IMG/VR virus record: IMGVR_UViG_2778261417_000007
From: a virus
Taxonomy: Duplodnaviria > Heunggongvirae > Uroviricota > Caudoviricetes
DNA length: 5,438 bases
Direction: 5' to 3' (one strand)
The notes under the pieces are model-generated. The model ran no database searches. It was not told the origin of the DNA and was given only the letters and a program-made list of their open reading frames with translations. A program made the translations under genes and the position numbers. Every line of letters begins with the position of its first letter. Position 1 is the stretch's first letter. Below, piece by piece: positions 1 through 5,438 of the stretch.

Positions 1-438
1 AACTGATGGAGATGGAAGCCACGGGAGCACCTCAAAAACACCATCATACACTAAATCAGTAAGTTGGCACCATTACCCAAAATCTCTTACTTGAGAAACG
101 GCCTATTTGAGATTTCAGTCGTGGCAGGATGATCAGTTGATTCGAGTATTGACGCATTTACGTTCTGAACGGCTGTAATAAAGTTGCGGGAGAGAAATGC
201 CGCTAGTATTTTGTAATTAATTGAATGCCGACGGTTTAATGAGAAGTCAAGAACACTACTTGTACTATAATCGTTCGATGTTAGTGAGGGTTTGATGCAA
301 AAAATGAAGTGATTGACCCTAAATTTGCGCGATCAGCGACAGATTGTACACCGAGATCCTGTGGGCTGGAATTTGCAGAGAAATACCGAAAATGATATCC
401 AATATTGTTTTCAGTTCCTACATCATACCTGATAAGGG

Positions 439-444
439 TATAAT
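439..444 (+). promoter_or_regulatory. Candidate sigma70 -10 hexamer (TATAAT) upstream of the cargo operon
   Basis: Perfect TATAAT 34 nt upstream of the ATG at 478. No convincing -35 at 16-18 bp spacing (TTCCTA at best) and no clear Shine-Dalgarno before the ATG. Weak, sequence-only call. Confidence 0.2.
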
Positions 445-477
445 CATAAAAATTAGGATAATTCAAGTTATAATTGT

Positions 478-894
478 ATGAATAAAAACGACCTTGAAGC
501 ATTATCTGACACTAGGCTTAATGAGGCCAAATGCTTGCTTGATCATGGCTTTTTTCATGGTGCATATTATCTTTGTGGGTATGCAGTTGAATGTGCATTG
601 AAGGCCTGTATTGCCAAGTCATTTTTACAACATGAGTTTCCAAACAAAAAAGTCGTAAATGATTCATATACTCATGATTTGTCGCAACTTCTCAAAATTG
701 CCAACTTACATCAAATTTTGATTGCTGACGCAAAAAATGATGTTTCGTTGGAGATTAACTGGTCGGTCGTTAAAGACTGGAGCGAGCAATTTAGATACGA
801 CAATAACATAAGTAAAGCTATGGCCGAACAATTGTTTGATGCTGTAGGTGACCAAAATTCTGGAGTTTTGAAATGGGTAAAAGCACACTGGTAA
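478..894 (+). CDS. Hypothetical protein with HEPN-like helical signature (138 aa); first gene of two-gene cargo cassette
   Basis: Intact 138-codon ORF in an AT-rich block. N-terminal segment LNEAKCLLDHGFFHGAYYLCGYAVECALKACIAKS and later SYTHDLSQLLKIA resemble the conserved helices of HEPN-fold proteins (pattern recognition, not a search). Canonical R-x(4-6)-H motif not found. Its stop overlaps the next ORF by 22 nt. Confidence 0.6.
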   Translation: MNKNDLEALSDTRLNEAKCLLDHGFFHGAYYLCGYAVECALKACIAKSFLQHEFPNKKVVNDSYTHDLSQLLKIANLHQILIADAKNDVSLEINWSVVKDWSEQFRYDNNISKAMAEQLFDAVGDQNSGVLKWVKAHW

Positions 895-1274
895 TCGGCA
901 GAGAGTTGACAAAAGATATGGAATTCTCAGGTCAATTTTTATTAAAAAAACTCAAGTTACAGAATTTAACCATTGATGCTGCAATGTGGTTTTATTACCC
1001 AGATCTATCTTGGAGATATATTTTAGTTATCAGTGACTTCTCAGAACGTGGACCGGCAGAAATATATAGAAAAATCAGTGAGATAAATAGAAACAGCATA
1101 TCAAAAAAGTATAAGCCGATACCATTAGAAGCAATTGAGGCTAAGGGGGATTCAGCTTTTATTTATAAAATGTTAAAAGGATTTGCTAGAGTCAACGATG
1201 GTAAAGTTCGCGTTTCTAATTCTATGGTAAATGGTTTAGAAATCGTTGACTGTCTGATCTATGAGTTAAAATAA
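873..1274 (+). CDS. Hypothetical protein (133 aa); second, translationally coupled gene of the cargo cassette
   Basis: ATG at 873 preceded by GGAG (862-865) at 7 nt spacing. Overlaps the upstream ORF by 22 nt in a different frame. No motif I can recognise (no NTase G[SG]...DxD, no obvious HTH). Same AT-rich composition as 478-894. Confidence 0.55.
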   Translation: MGKSTLVIGRELTKDMEFSGQFLLKKLKLQNLTIDAAMWFYYPDLSWRYILVISDFSERGPAEIYRKISEINRNSISKKYKPIPLEAIEAKGDSAFIYKMLKGFARVNDGKVRVSNSMVNGLEIVDCLIYELK

Positions 1275-1345
1275 GAAATCTCTTGCTGGGTATCATTATT
1301 GTTTAAATGACTTTTGATTTTCAATAATCAACTTGTCATAATTAA

Positions 1346-1374
1346 GTCACCGGAGTTTGAACTCCTCCGGTGAC
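1346..1374. other. Perfect stem-loop (10 bp stem GTCACCGGAG / CTCCGGTGAC, 9 nt loop) at the boundary between AT-rich cargo and the nin module
   Basis: Inverted repeat read directly from the sequence. No T-tract follows on the plus strand (TTCTGCGC); on the minus strand it is followed by TTAATTAT. Could be a boundary/processing hairpin or a weak terminator. Confidence 0.4.
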
Positions 1375-1397
1375 TTCTGCGCTAAACGGGGACGTTT

Positions 1398-1499
1398 ATG
1401 CGCACATACAATCCAAACTCTCTTCTCCCTTCACAGATGCAGAAATGCACCTGCGATATCTTGCATCCAGCGTTTGATCTCTGCGGAGGTGAAGCGTGA
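1398..1499 (+). CDS. ylcH: Small 33-codon ORF ([33 protein letters not shown]), YlcH-like position immediately upstream of ybcN
   Basis: ATG at 1398 with GGGGA 5 nt upstream. Stop TGA 1497-1499 overlaps the GTG start of the next gene (GTGA). Length and position match my recollection of the 33-aa ylcH of DLP12; sequence identity not verified. Confidence 0.4.
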   Translation: MRTYNPNSLLPSQMQKCTCDILHPAFDLCGGEA

Positions 1500-1951
1500 A
1501 CTTCCCACAAGATGGCATCAAACTGCATCGCGGTAACTTCACCGCTATCGGTCGGCAGATCCAGCCTTATCTGGAGGACGGCAAATGCTTTCGCATGGTG
1601 CTTAAACCGTGGCGCGAGAGACGCAGTCTTTCCCAGAATGCACTCAGCCACATGTGGTACAGCGAAATCAGTGAATACCTCATCAGCAAGGGTAAAACGT
1701 TCGCTACTCCAGCTTGGGTAAAAGATGCTCTCAAACACACATATCTCGGTTATGAAACCAAAGACCTGGTTGATGTCGTAACCGGTGATATCACCACTAT
1801 CCAGTCGTTACGCCATACCTCCGATCTTGATACCGGAGAGATGTATGTCTTCCTGTGTAAGGTTGAAGCCTGGGCGATGAATATTGGTTGCCACCTGACT
1901 ATTCCACAGAGCTGCGAGTTTCAGCTGCTGCGCGACAAGCAGGAGGCGTAA
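1496..1951 (+). CDS. ybcN: NinB-family recombination protein (YbcN-like, 151 aa), GTG start
   Basis: GTG start with GGAGG (1482-1486) 9 nt upstream. Contains the RSLSQN-type motif characteristic of NinB (lambda NinB has RSLDQN). Size and position match ybcN in DLP12 gene order. Confidence 0.85.
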   Translation: MNFPQDGIKLHRGNFTAIGRQIQPYLEDGKCFRMVLKPWRERRSLSQNALSHMWYSEISEYLISKGKTFATPAWVKDALKHTYLGYETKDLVDVVTGDITTIQSLRHTSDLDTGEMYVFLCKVEAWAMNIGCHLTIPQSCEFQLLRDKQEA

Positions 1952-2121
1952 TGGCTACACCGCTTATTCGTGTCATGAACGGACACATCTACAGAGTACC
2001 AAATCGTCGTAAGCGTAAACCTGAGCTGAAGCCATCCGAAATACCAACACTGCTCGGATATACCGCCAGCTTGGTTGATAAAAAATGGTTGCGACTGGCA
2101 GCAAGGAGGAGTCATGGCTGA
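1951..2121 (+). CDS. ninE: NinE protein (56 aa)
   Basis: ATG at 1951 preceded by AGGAGG (1941-1946); overlaps the ybcN stop (TAATG). Protein [56 protein letters not shown] matches prophage NinE as I recall it. The longer 77-aa track ORF is an in-frame upstream extension. Confidence 0.85.
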   Translation: MATPLIRVMNGHIYRVPNRRKRKPELKPSEIPTLLGYTASLVDKKWLRLAARRSHG

Positions 2122-2404
2122 TTTGAGAAAAGCAGCGCGTGGTCGGGAATGCCAGGTAAGAATCCCTGGCGTATGTAATGGCAACCCTGAAACGTCTGTA
2201 CTGGCACATATCCGGCTGACTGGATTGTGCGGCACCGGTACGAAACCGCCAGACCTGATTGCCACCATTGCATGTTCTGCCTGCCACGACGAAATCGACC
2301 GCTGCACGCATTTTGTTGACGCTGGATATGCAAAAGAATGCGCGCTGGAAGGTATGGCGAGAACGCAGGTTATCTGGCTGAAAGAGGGGGTAATTAAGGC
2401 GTGA
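2114..2404 (+). CDS. ybcO: YbcO-like Cys-rich protein (DUF1364 family, putative metal-binding nuclease; 96 aa)
   Basis: ATG at 2114 preceded by AGGAGGAG; overlaps ninE by 8 nt. Protein begins [23 protein letters not shown] and carries several Cys/His (C..C, CSAC, H). The 109-aa track ORF is an upstream extension. Confidence 0.85.
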   Translation: MADLRKAARGRECQVRIPGVCNGNPETSVLAHIRLTGLCGTGTKPPDLIATIACSACHDEIDRCTHFVDAGYAKECALEGMARTQVIWLKEGVIKA

Positions 2405-2763
2405 ATACTTACCACATCACACTACCCTGGCCGCCGAGCAATAACCGCTACTACCGCCATAATCGAGGGCGCACGCACATCAGCGCAGAAGGGCAGGCAT
2501 ACCGCGATAACGTCGCCCGAATCATTAAAGGCTCAATGCTGGATATCGGTCTGGCTATGCCTGTGAAAATCCGCATTGAGTGCCACATGCCGGATCGCCG
2601 TCGCCGTGACCTGGATAATCTGCAAAAAGCCGCTTTTGACGCACTCACTAAAGCAGGTTTCTGGCTGGATGATGCTCAGGTCGTTGATTACCGTGTTGTG
2701 AAGATGCCTGTTACCAAAGGTGGGAGGCTGGAACTGACCATCACCGAAATGGGGAATGAATGA
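2401..2763 (+). CDS. rusA: RusA Holliday-junction resolvase (crossover junction endodeoxyribonuclease, 120 aa), GTG start
   Basis: Full-length match by recollection to RusA ([24 protein letters not shown]...[25 protein letters not shown]...TITEMGNE), including the acidic residues of the catalytic region. GTG start overlaps the ybcO stop (GTGA). Confidence 0.92.
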   Translation: MNTYHITLPWPPSNNRYYRHNRGRTHISAEGQAYRDNVARIIKGSMLDIGLAMPVKIRIECHMPDRRRRDLDNLQKAAFDALTKAGFWLDDAQVVDYRVVKMPVTKGGRLELTITEMGNE

Positions 2764-2900
2764 TGTTTGAGTTTTATATGGCAGAACTTCTTCGCCACCG
2801 CTGGGGGCATCTGCGCTTATATCGTTTCCCCGGTTCTGTTTTGACCGATTACCGAATACTGAAGAATTACGCCAAAACCCTGACAGGAGCAGGAGTATGA
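2760..2900 (+). CDS. ylcG: Small protein YlcG-like (46 aa)
   Basis: ATGATG start overlapping the rusA stop (ATGA). Translation [46 protein letters not shown] found by manual translation (below the ORF-track size cut-off). Matches the ylcG position in DLP12. Confidence 0.6.
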   Translation: MMFEFYMAELLRHRWGHLRLYRFPGSVLTDYRILKNYAKTLTGAGV

Positions 2901-2985
2901 AGTCAGAGATAACAATCAACTAATACTGTTTTGTTGATTTTTGCTTGTAATTGGCGTTCTGGTCTGATTTTTGTGGAGTAAGTTG

Positions 2986-3369
2986 ATGCGTGATATTCAG
3001 ATGGTTCTTGAGCGTTGGGGAGCGTGGGCGGCTAATAATCATGAAGATGTGACCTGGTCGTCCATTGCCGCCGGTTTTAAGGGATTAATTACTTCAAAAG
3101 TAAAATCTCGCCCGCAATGTTGTGACGATGACGCGATGATTATTTGCGGGTGCATGGCCCGTCTGAAAAAGAACAACAGCGATTTGCACGATTTATTAGT
3201 AGATTATTATGTAGTCGGTATGACATTCATGTCACTGGCAGGTAAGCATTGCTGCTCTGATGGTTATATCGGGAAAAGGTTACAGAAGGCTGAGGGCATA
3301 ATTGAAGGGATGTTAATGGCATTAGATATCCGGTTAGAGATGGATATCGTTGTTAATAACTCTAATTAA
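2986..3369 (+). CDS. quuD: Late-gene antiterminator Q (QuuD-like, 127 aa)
   Basis: ATG at 2986 with GGAG (2975-2978) 7 nt upstream; the track ORF from 2971 is a TTG-initiated extension. Protein [24 protein letters not shown]... with Cys clusters (CCDDD...CGC, HCC), consistent with a zinc-binding lambdoid Q. Sits between the nin module and the lysis region, as Q genes do. Confidence 0.85.
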   Translation: MRDIQMVLERWGAWAANNHEDVTWSSIAAGFKGLITSKVKSRPQCCDDDAMIICGCMARLKKNNSDLHDLLVDYYVVGMTFMSLAGKHCCSDGYIGKRLQKAEGIIEGMLMALDIRLEMDIVVNNSN

Positions 3370-3385
3370 TATGCCAGTTGTTTAC

Positions 3386-3420
3386 TAAAAATTATTAAAA
3401 ATGGGGCGTTGCAACGCCCC
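3386..3420 (-). terminator. Rho-independent terminator for minus-strand (porin) transcripts
   Basis: Perfect GC-rich palindrome GGGGCGTTGCAACGCCCC (3403-3420). On the minus strand it is followed by ATTTTTAATAATTTTT (complement of 3386-3402). About 140 nt past the porin stop. Confidence 0.6.
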
Positions 3421-3433
3421 CAAAAATAAAGGG

Positions 3434-3460
3434 TAATATATAACAGAAGGTTTATATAGT
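3434..3460 (+). promoter_or_regulatory. Candidate late promoter (pR'-like) -10 TAATAT with downstream -10-like pause element TATAGT
   Basis: TAATAT (3434-3439) with a possible -35 TTGCAA (3409-3414) at a long 19 bp spacing. A -10-like hexamer TATAGT (3455-3460) would lie in the initially transcribed region, as in sigma70-dependent promoter-proximal pauses used by Q proteins. Hypothesis only. Confidence 0.2.
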
Positions 3461-3486
3461 TAGAAGCAAGGTTGTGCTCCTAAAGG

Positions 3487-3548
3487 AAGTGGCTTGAGGG
3501 AGCCACTTATATGTTGGGGAGGCAAAGCCTCCCGCAACATATCTTTTT
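3487..3548 (+). terminator. Tandem hairpins ending in a plus-strand intrinsic terminator (candidate tR'-like / quuD terminator)
   Basis: Hairpin 1: AAGTGGCT / AGCCACTT (3487-3508, 8 bp stem). Hairpin 2: 15 bp stem with one bulged G (3509-3523 pairing 3527-3542, loop AAA), followed by C then TTTTT (3544-3548). No T-tract on the minus strand after these hairpins. Confidence 0.6.
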
Positions 3549-3558
3549 CGTAATCAGA

Positions 3559-4641
3559 TTAGAACTGGTAAACCAGACCTACAGCAACGATATCATCGGT
3601 AGCAACGCCAGATGCTTTCGTGAAATCGCTCTTATCAATCAGGTTGATTTTGTAATCAACAAAAGTGGACATATTTTTGTTGAAGTAATAGGTTGCACCT
3701 ACATCAATATATTCAACCAGGTCCTGATCACCCCACGCACCCAAGTCTTTTCCTTTAGATTGCAGGTAAGCAACGGACGGACGCAGACCGAAGTCGAACT
3801 GATATTGTGCAACTACTTCGAAGTTTTGTGCTTTGTTGGCAATATGGTTATTACCAAAAACAGTCATGTTCTGGGTTTCAGAATAGGTGGTAGCCAGATA
3901 GATGTTGTTCGCATCATATTTCAGACCAGCTGCCCATACTTCAGCATTTTGACCAGATGCATTCAGGCTGTTGTTACCGTAGATAACCTGATTATTAGTG
4001 CGGTCAGATTTAGCATAGGTTGCACCTACACCGAATCCTTCATACTCATAAGTAGTGGAGAAACCGAAACCATCACCATTAGCTTCAGTTACGTCAGTGC
4101 GGTCATTTTTACCCTGATACTGAGCAGCAAAGTTCAGACCATCAACCAGACCAAAGAAGTCGTTGTTACGATAAGTTGCAACACCAGTGGTGCGACCAGT
4201 CATGAACACATCTGTTTGGGTCCAGGTATCGCCACCGAATTCTGGCAGAACGTCAGTCCACGCACCGATGTCATATGCTACACCGTAGTTACGGCCGTAA
4301 TCGATTGAGCCGTAGTCCCCGAATTTCAGGCCTGCAAATGCAAGACGGGTTTTGTCTTTGGAGGAGCCTTGAGATTCAGCGCGGTTGCCTTTGAATTCAT
4401 ATTCCCACTGACCGAAACCAGTCAGTTGATCGTTGATTTGGGTTTCACCTTTGAAGCCAAGACGGGCATAAGTAGTATCACCATCATCTGCATCATTAGA
4501 GGAGAAGTAGTGCTTGGCATTAACTTTCCCATATAGATCCAGCTTGTTACTGTCTTTATTATAAATTTCAGCTGCCTGAGCAGACATCGCCATCAGTACT
4601 GATGCAGCTACAGCAGAAATTGCCACTGTTAATTTTTTCAT
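3559..4641 (-). CDS. nmpC: General diffusion porin of the OmpC/OmpF/PhoE/NmpC family (NmpC/Lc-like prophage porin, 360 aa precursor)
   Basis: Signal peptide [23 protein letters not shown] then mature start [16 protein letters not shown]. Multiple aromatic-rich beta-strand motifs and a C-terminal ...VGLVYQF with terminal Phe, typical of 16-strand enterobacterial porins. Located between Q and the holin on the opposite strand, as nmpC in DLP12 and lc in phage PA-2 (recollection). Confidence 0.93.
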   Translation of the reverse strand: MKKLTVAISAVAASVLMAMSAQAAEIYNKDSNKLDLYGKVNAKHYFSSNDADDGDTTYARLGFKGETQINDQLTGFGQWEYEFKGNRAESQGSSKDKTRLAFAGLKFGDYGSIDYGRNYGVAYDIGAWTDVLPEFGGDTWTQTDVFMTGRTTGVATYRNNDFFGLVDGLNFAAQYQGKNDRTDVTEANGDGFGFSTTYEYEGFGVGATYAKSDRTNNQVIYGNNSLNASGQNAEVWAAGLKYDANNIYLATTYSETQNMTVFGNNHIANKAQNFEVVAQYQFDFGLRPSVAYLQSKGKDLGAWGDQDLVEYIDVGATYYFNKNMSTFVDYKINLIDKSDFTKASGVATDDIVAVGLVYQF

Positions 4642-5229
4642 CGTGAGCCCTTTTTTTTGAACTATTATTAAAAAATGATGTCACTGCGCGATAAATATTC
4701 ATCTAATCAATGTGATTATTTCAAGATGTAAGTTTTAGTTTCTCATTTAATTTGTGAAGTAGATCTCTATTTTTATCTGAACTTTTTCTATCGAAACCTA
4801 TTTATGGCTCTTATTTGAACAAAAATAAACCTATTAGCTAATTTATATTAATGGTTGTTATTTATGGAGGTTCTATAATTCGGCAGTTTAATTTAAATCA
4901 ACTAAAAATAACGTCTGAAATTATTTATTGGTTATTTGTTGAGGTTTTCTTATGTATTTGTGGTGGTGTTTTGAACACTCGGTAGCATTCTCATAAATAT
5001 CATTCAGTGGTTTACGTACGTAAAAAATTGGTTATGCTGTTAAGAGTGGTTACTTCGTCACACAGCTTAAACCCGCCGTCGAGCTGGTTTTTCCATTTTT
5101 TGAGTCTCGATATTAGCTGATAACTCAATACCTGAGTTATTCACTGACTCCGAGTCTGTTACGTTTCTGCTTTTTTGCGATACGTTGTATTCCCTCAATT
5201 TACACCCGCTTTGTCTGCGAGGTGGGGTT
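4642..5229. promoter_or_regulatory. AT-rich divergent intergenic region: expected porin promoter (minus strand) and holin upstream signals
   Basis: About 590 bp without a convincing ORF between the divergently oriented porin and holin genes. Plus-strand candidate promoter -35 TTGAAC (4971-4976), 17 bp spacer, -10 TAAATA (4994-4999). Holin RBS GAGGTGGGG at 5219-5227. Exact promoters not resolved. Confidence 0.35.
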
Positions 5230-5438
5230 ATGAAATCCATGGATAAGTTAACAACGGGTGTCGCCTATGGCACCTCAGCAGGTAGTGCCGGTTACTGGTT
5301 TTTACAGCTGCTCGATAAAGTCACGCCCTCACAGTGGGCAGCAATAGGTGTGCTGGGTAGCCTGGTATTTGGCCTGCTGACGTACCTGACAAACCTTTAT
5401 TTCAAGATTAAAGAAGATAAGCGCAAGGCTGCGAGAGG
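5230..5438 (+). CDS. essD: Class II holin / pinholin, phage 21 S-like (EssD-like), 3' end beyond window
   Basis: ATG at 5230 with GAGGTG upstream. Translation [69 protein letters not shown]: two hydrophobic segments, a dual-start MKSM motif and a basic C-terminus, resembling S21/EssD as I recall them. Confidence 0.85.

Noticed and set aside
1-94. Possible 3' end of an upstream gene (frame 2 open from the window edge to TGA at 92-94; frame 3 to TAA at 58-60)
   Set aside because: Only about 30 codons with no start in the window and no recognisable motif; cannot support a call from this fragment.
392-481. 29-codon plus-strand ORF (MISNIVFSSYIIPDKGIIIKIRIIQVIIV) whose TGA overlaps the 478 ATG (ATGA)
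   Set aside because: Ile-rich composition is what AT-rich DNA yields by chance; no Shine-Dalgarno; it runs through the candidate -10. The ATGA overlap is noted but insufficient.
281-502. 73-aa minus-strand ORF in the AT-rich leader
   Set aside because: Low-complexity Tyr/Asn-rich translation typical of random ORFs in AT-rich DNA; overlaps the start of the 478 ORF; no RBS.
706-912. 68-aa minus-strand ORF spanning the junction of the two cargo genes
   Set aside because: Antisense to two better-supported coupled ORFs; no start signals.
95-1391. Short direct repeat AAACGG at both edges of the AT-rich block (98-103 and 1384-1389) as a possible target-site duplication
   Set aside because: A 6-mer match is expected by chance in a window of this size; no flanking inverted repeats or integrase/transposase gene present.
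1382-1738. 118-aa minus-strand ORF and the 69-aa plus-strand alternate-frame ORF (1512-1721) within ybcN
   Set aside because: Both lie inside the NinB-family gene, which has a family motif and a strong RBS; they are frame artefacts.
1888-2121. 77-aa and 109-aa (2075-2404) track ORFs for ninE and ybcO, and the TTG-initiated 132-aa version of Q (2971-3369)
   Set aside because: These are in-frame upstream extensions. The internal ATGs at 1951, 2114 and 2986 each have a proper Shine-Dalgarno and give the expected protein lengths.
1921-2919. Minus-strand ORFs 1921-2415, 1973-2311, 2112-2333, 2451-2648 and 2533-2919
   Set aside because: All are antisense to the coupled nin genes, with Arg/Cys/Ser-rich translations typical of reverse frames of GC-normal coding DNA.
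3511-4308. 265-aa plus-strand ORF
   Set aside because: Antisense to the porin gene and starts inside the terminator hairpin; the porin reading frame is unambiguous.
4851-4985. 44-codon plus-strand ORF (MVVIYGGSIIRQFNLNQLKITSEIIYWLFVEVFLCICGGVLNTR) in the porin-holin intergenic region
   Set aside because: No ribosome-binding site and AT-rich chance composition; it overlaps the candidate -35 element. Kept only as a note.
5063-5101. Possible intrinsic terminator (CAGCT...AGCTG stem followed by GTTTTTCCATTTTTT) upstream of the holin
   Set aside because: Stem is only 5 bp with a 14-nt loop; too weak to call a terminator from sequence alone. Mentioned as an alternative tR' under findings.
1-5438. 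CRISPR arrays, tRNA/rRNA genes, IS elements, integrase or att sites
   Set aside because: No spacer-repeat periodicity, no tRNA-like cloverleaf candidates, and no transposase- or integrase-like ORFs were seen on either strand.

Overview
This window reads as a segment of a DLP12-like lambdoid prophage of Enterobacteriaceae (most likely Escherichia coli), identified from the translated ORFs and gene order alone; no search was run. From left to right: (i) a visibly AT-rich cargo block (about 95-1345) with a long non-coding leader and two overlapping plus-strand ORFs (478-894 and 873-1274) of unknown function, the first with a HEPN-like helical signature; this is the best candidate for an undescribed two-gene defence or toxin-antitoxin-like system. 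(ii) A tightly overlapping nin-type recombination module: ylcH-like 33-codon ORF, ybcN (NinB family), ninE, ybcO (Cys-rich DUF1364-type), rusA (Holliday-junction resolvase) and ylcG. (iii) The late-gene antiterminator Q (quuD-like). (iv) Two facing terminators. (v) A complete OmpC/OmpF/NmpC-family porin gene on the minus strand (nmpC/lc-like lysogenic-conversion moron). (vi) A ~590 bp AT-rich divergent intergenic region. (vii) The 5' end of a class II (phage 21 S-like) holin gene (essD-like) running off the window. No tRNA, rRNA, CRISPR array or IS element was seen. All homology statements are from memory of these protein families and should be confirmed by database search.
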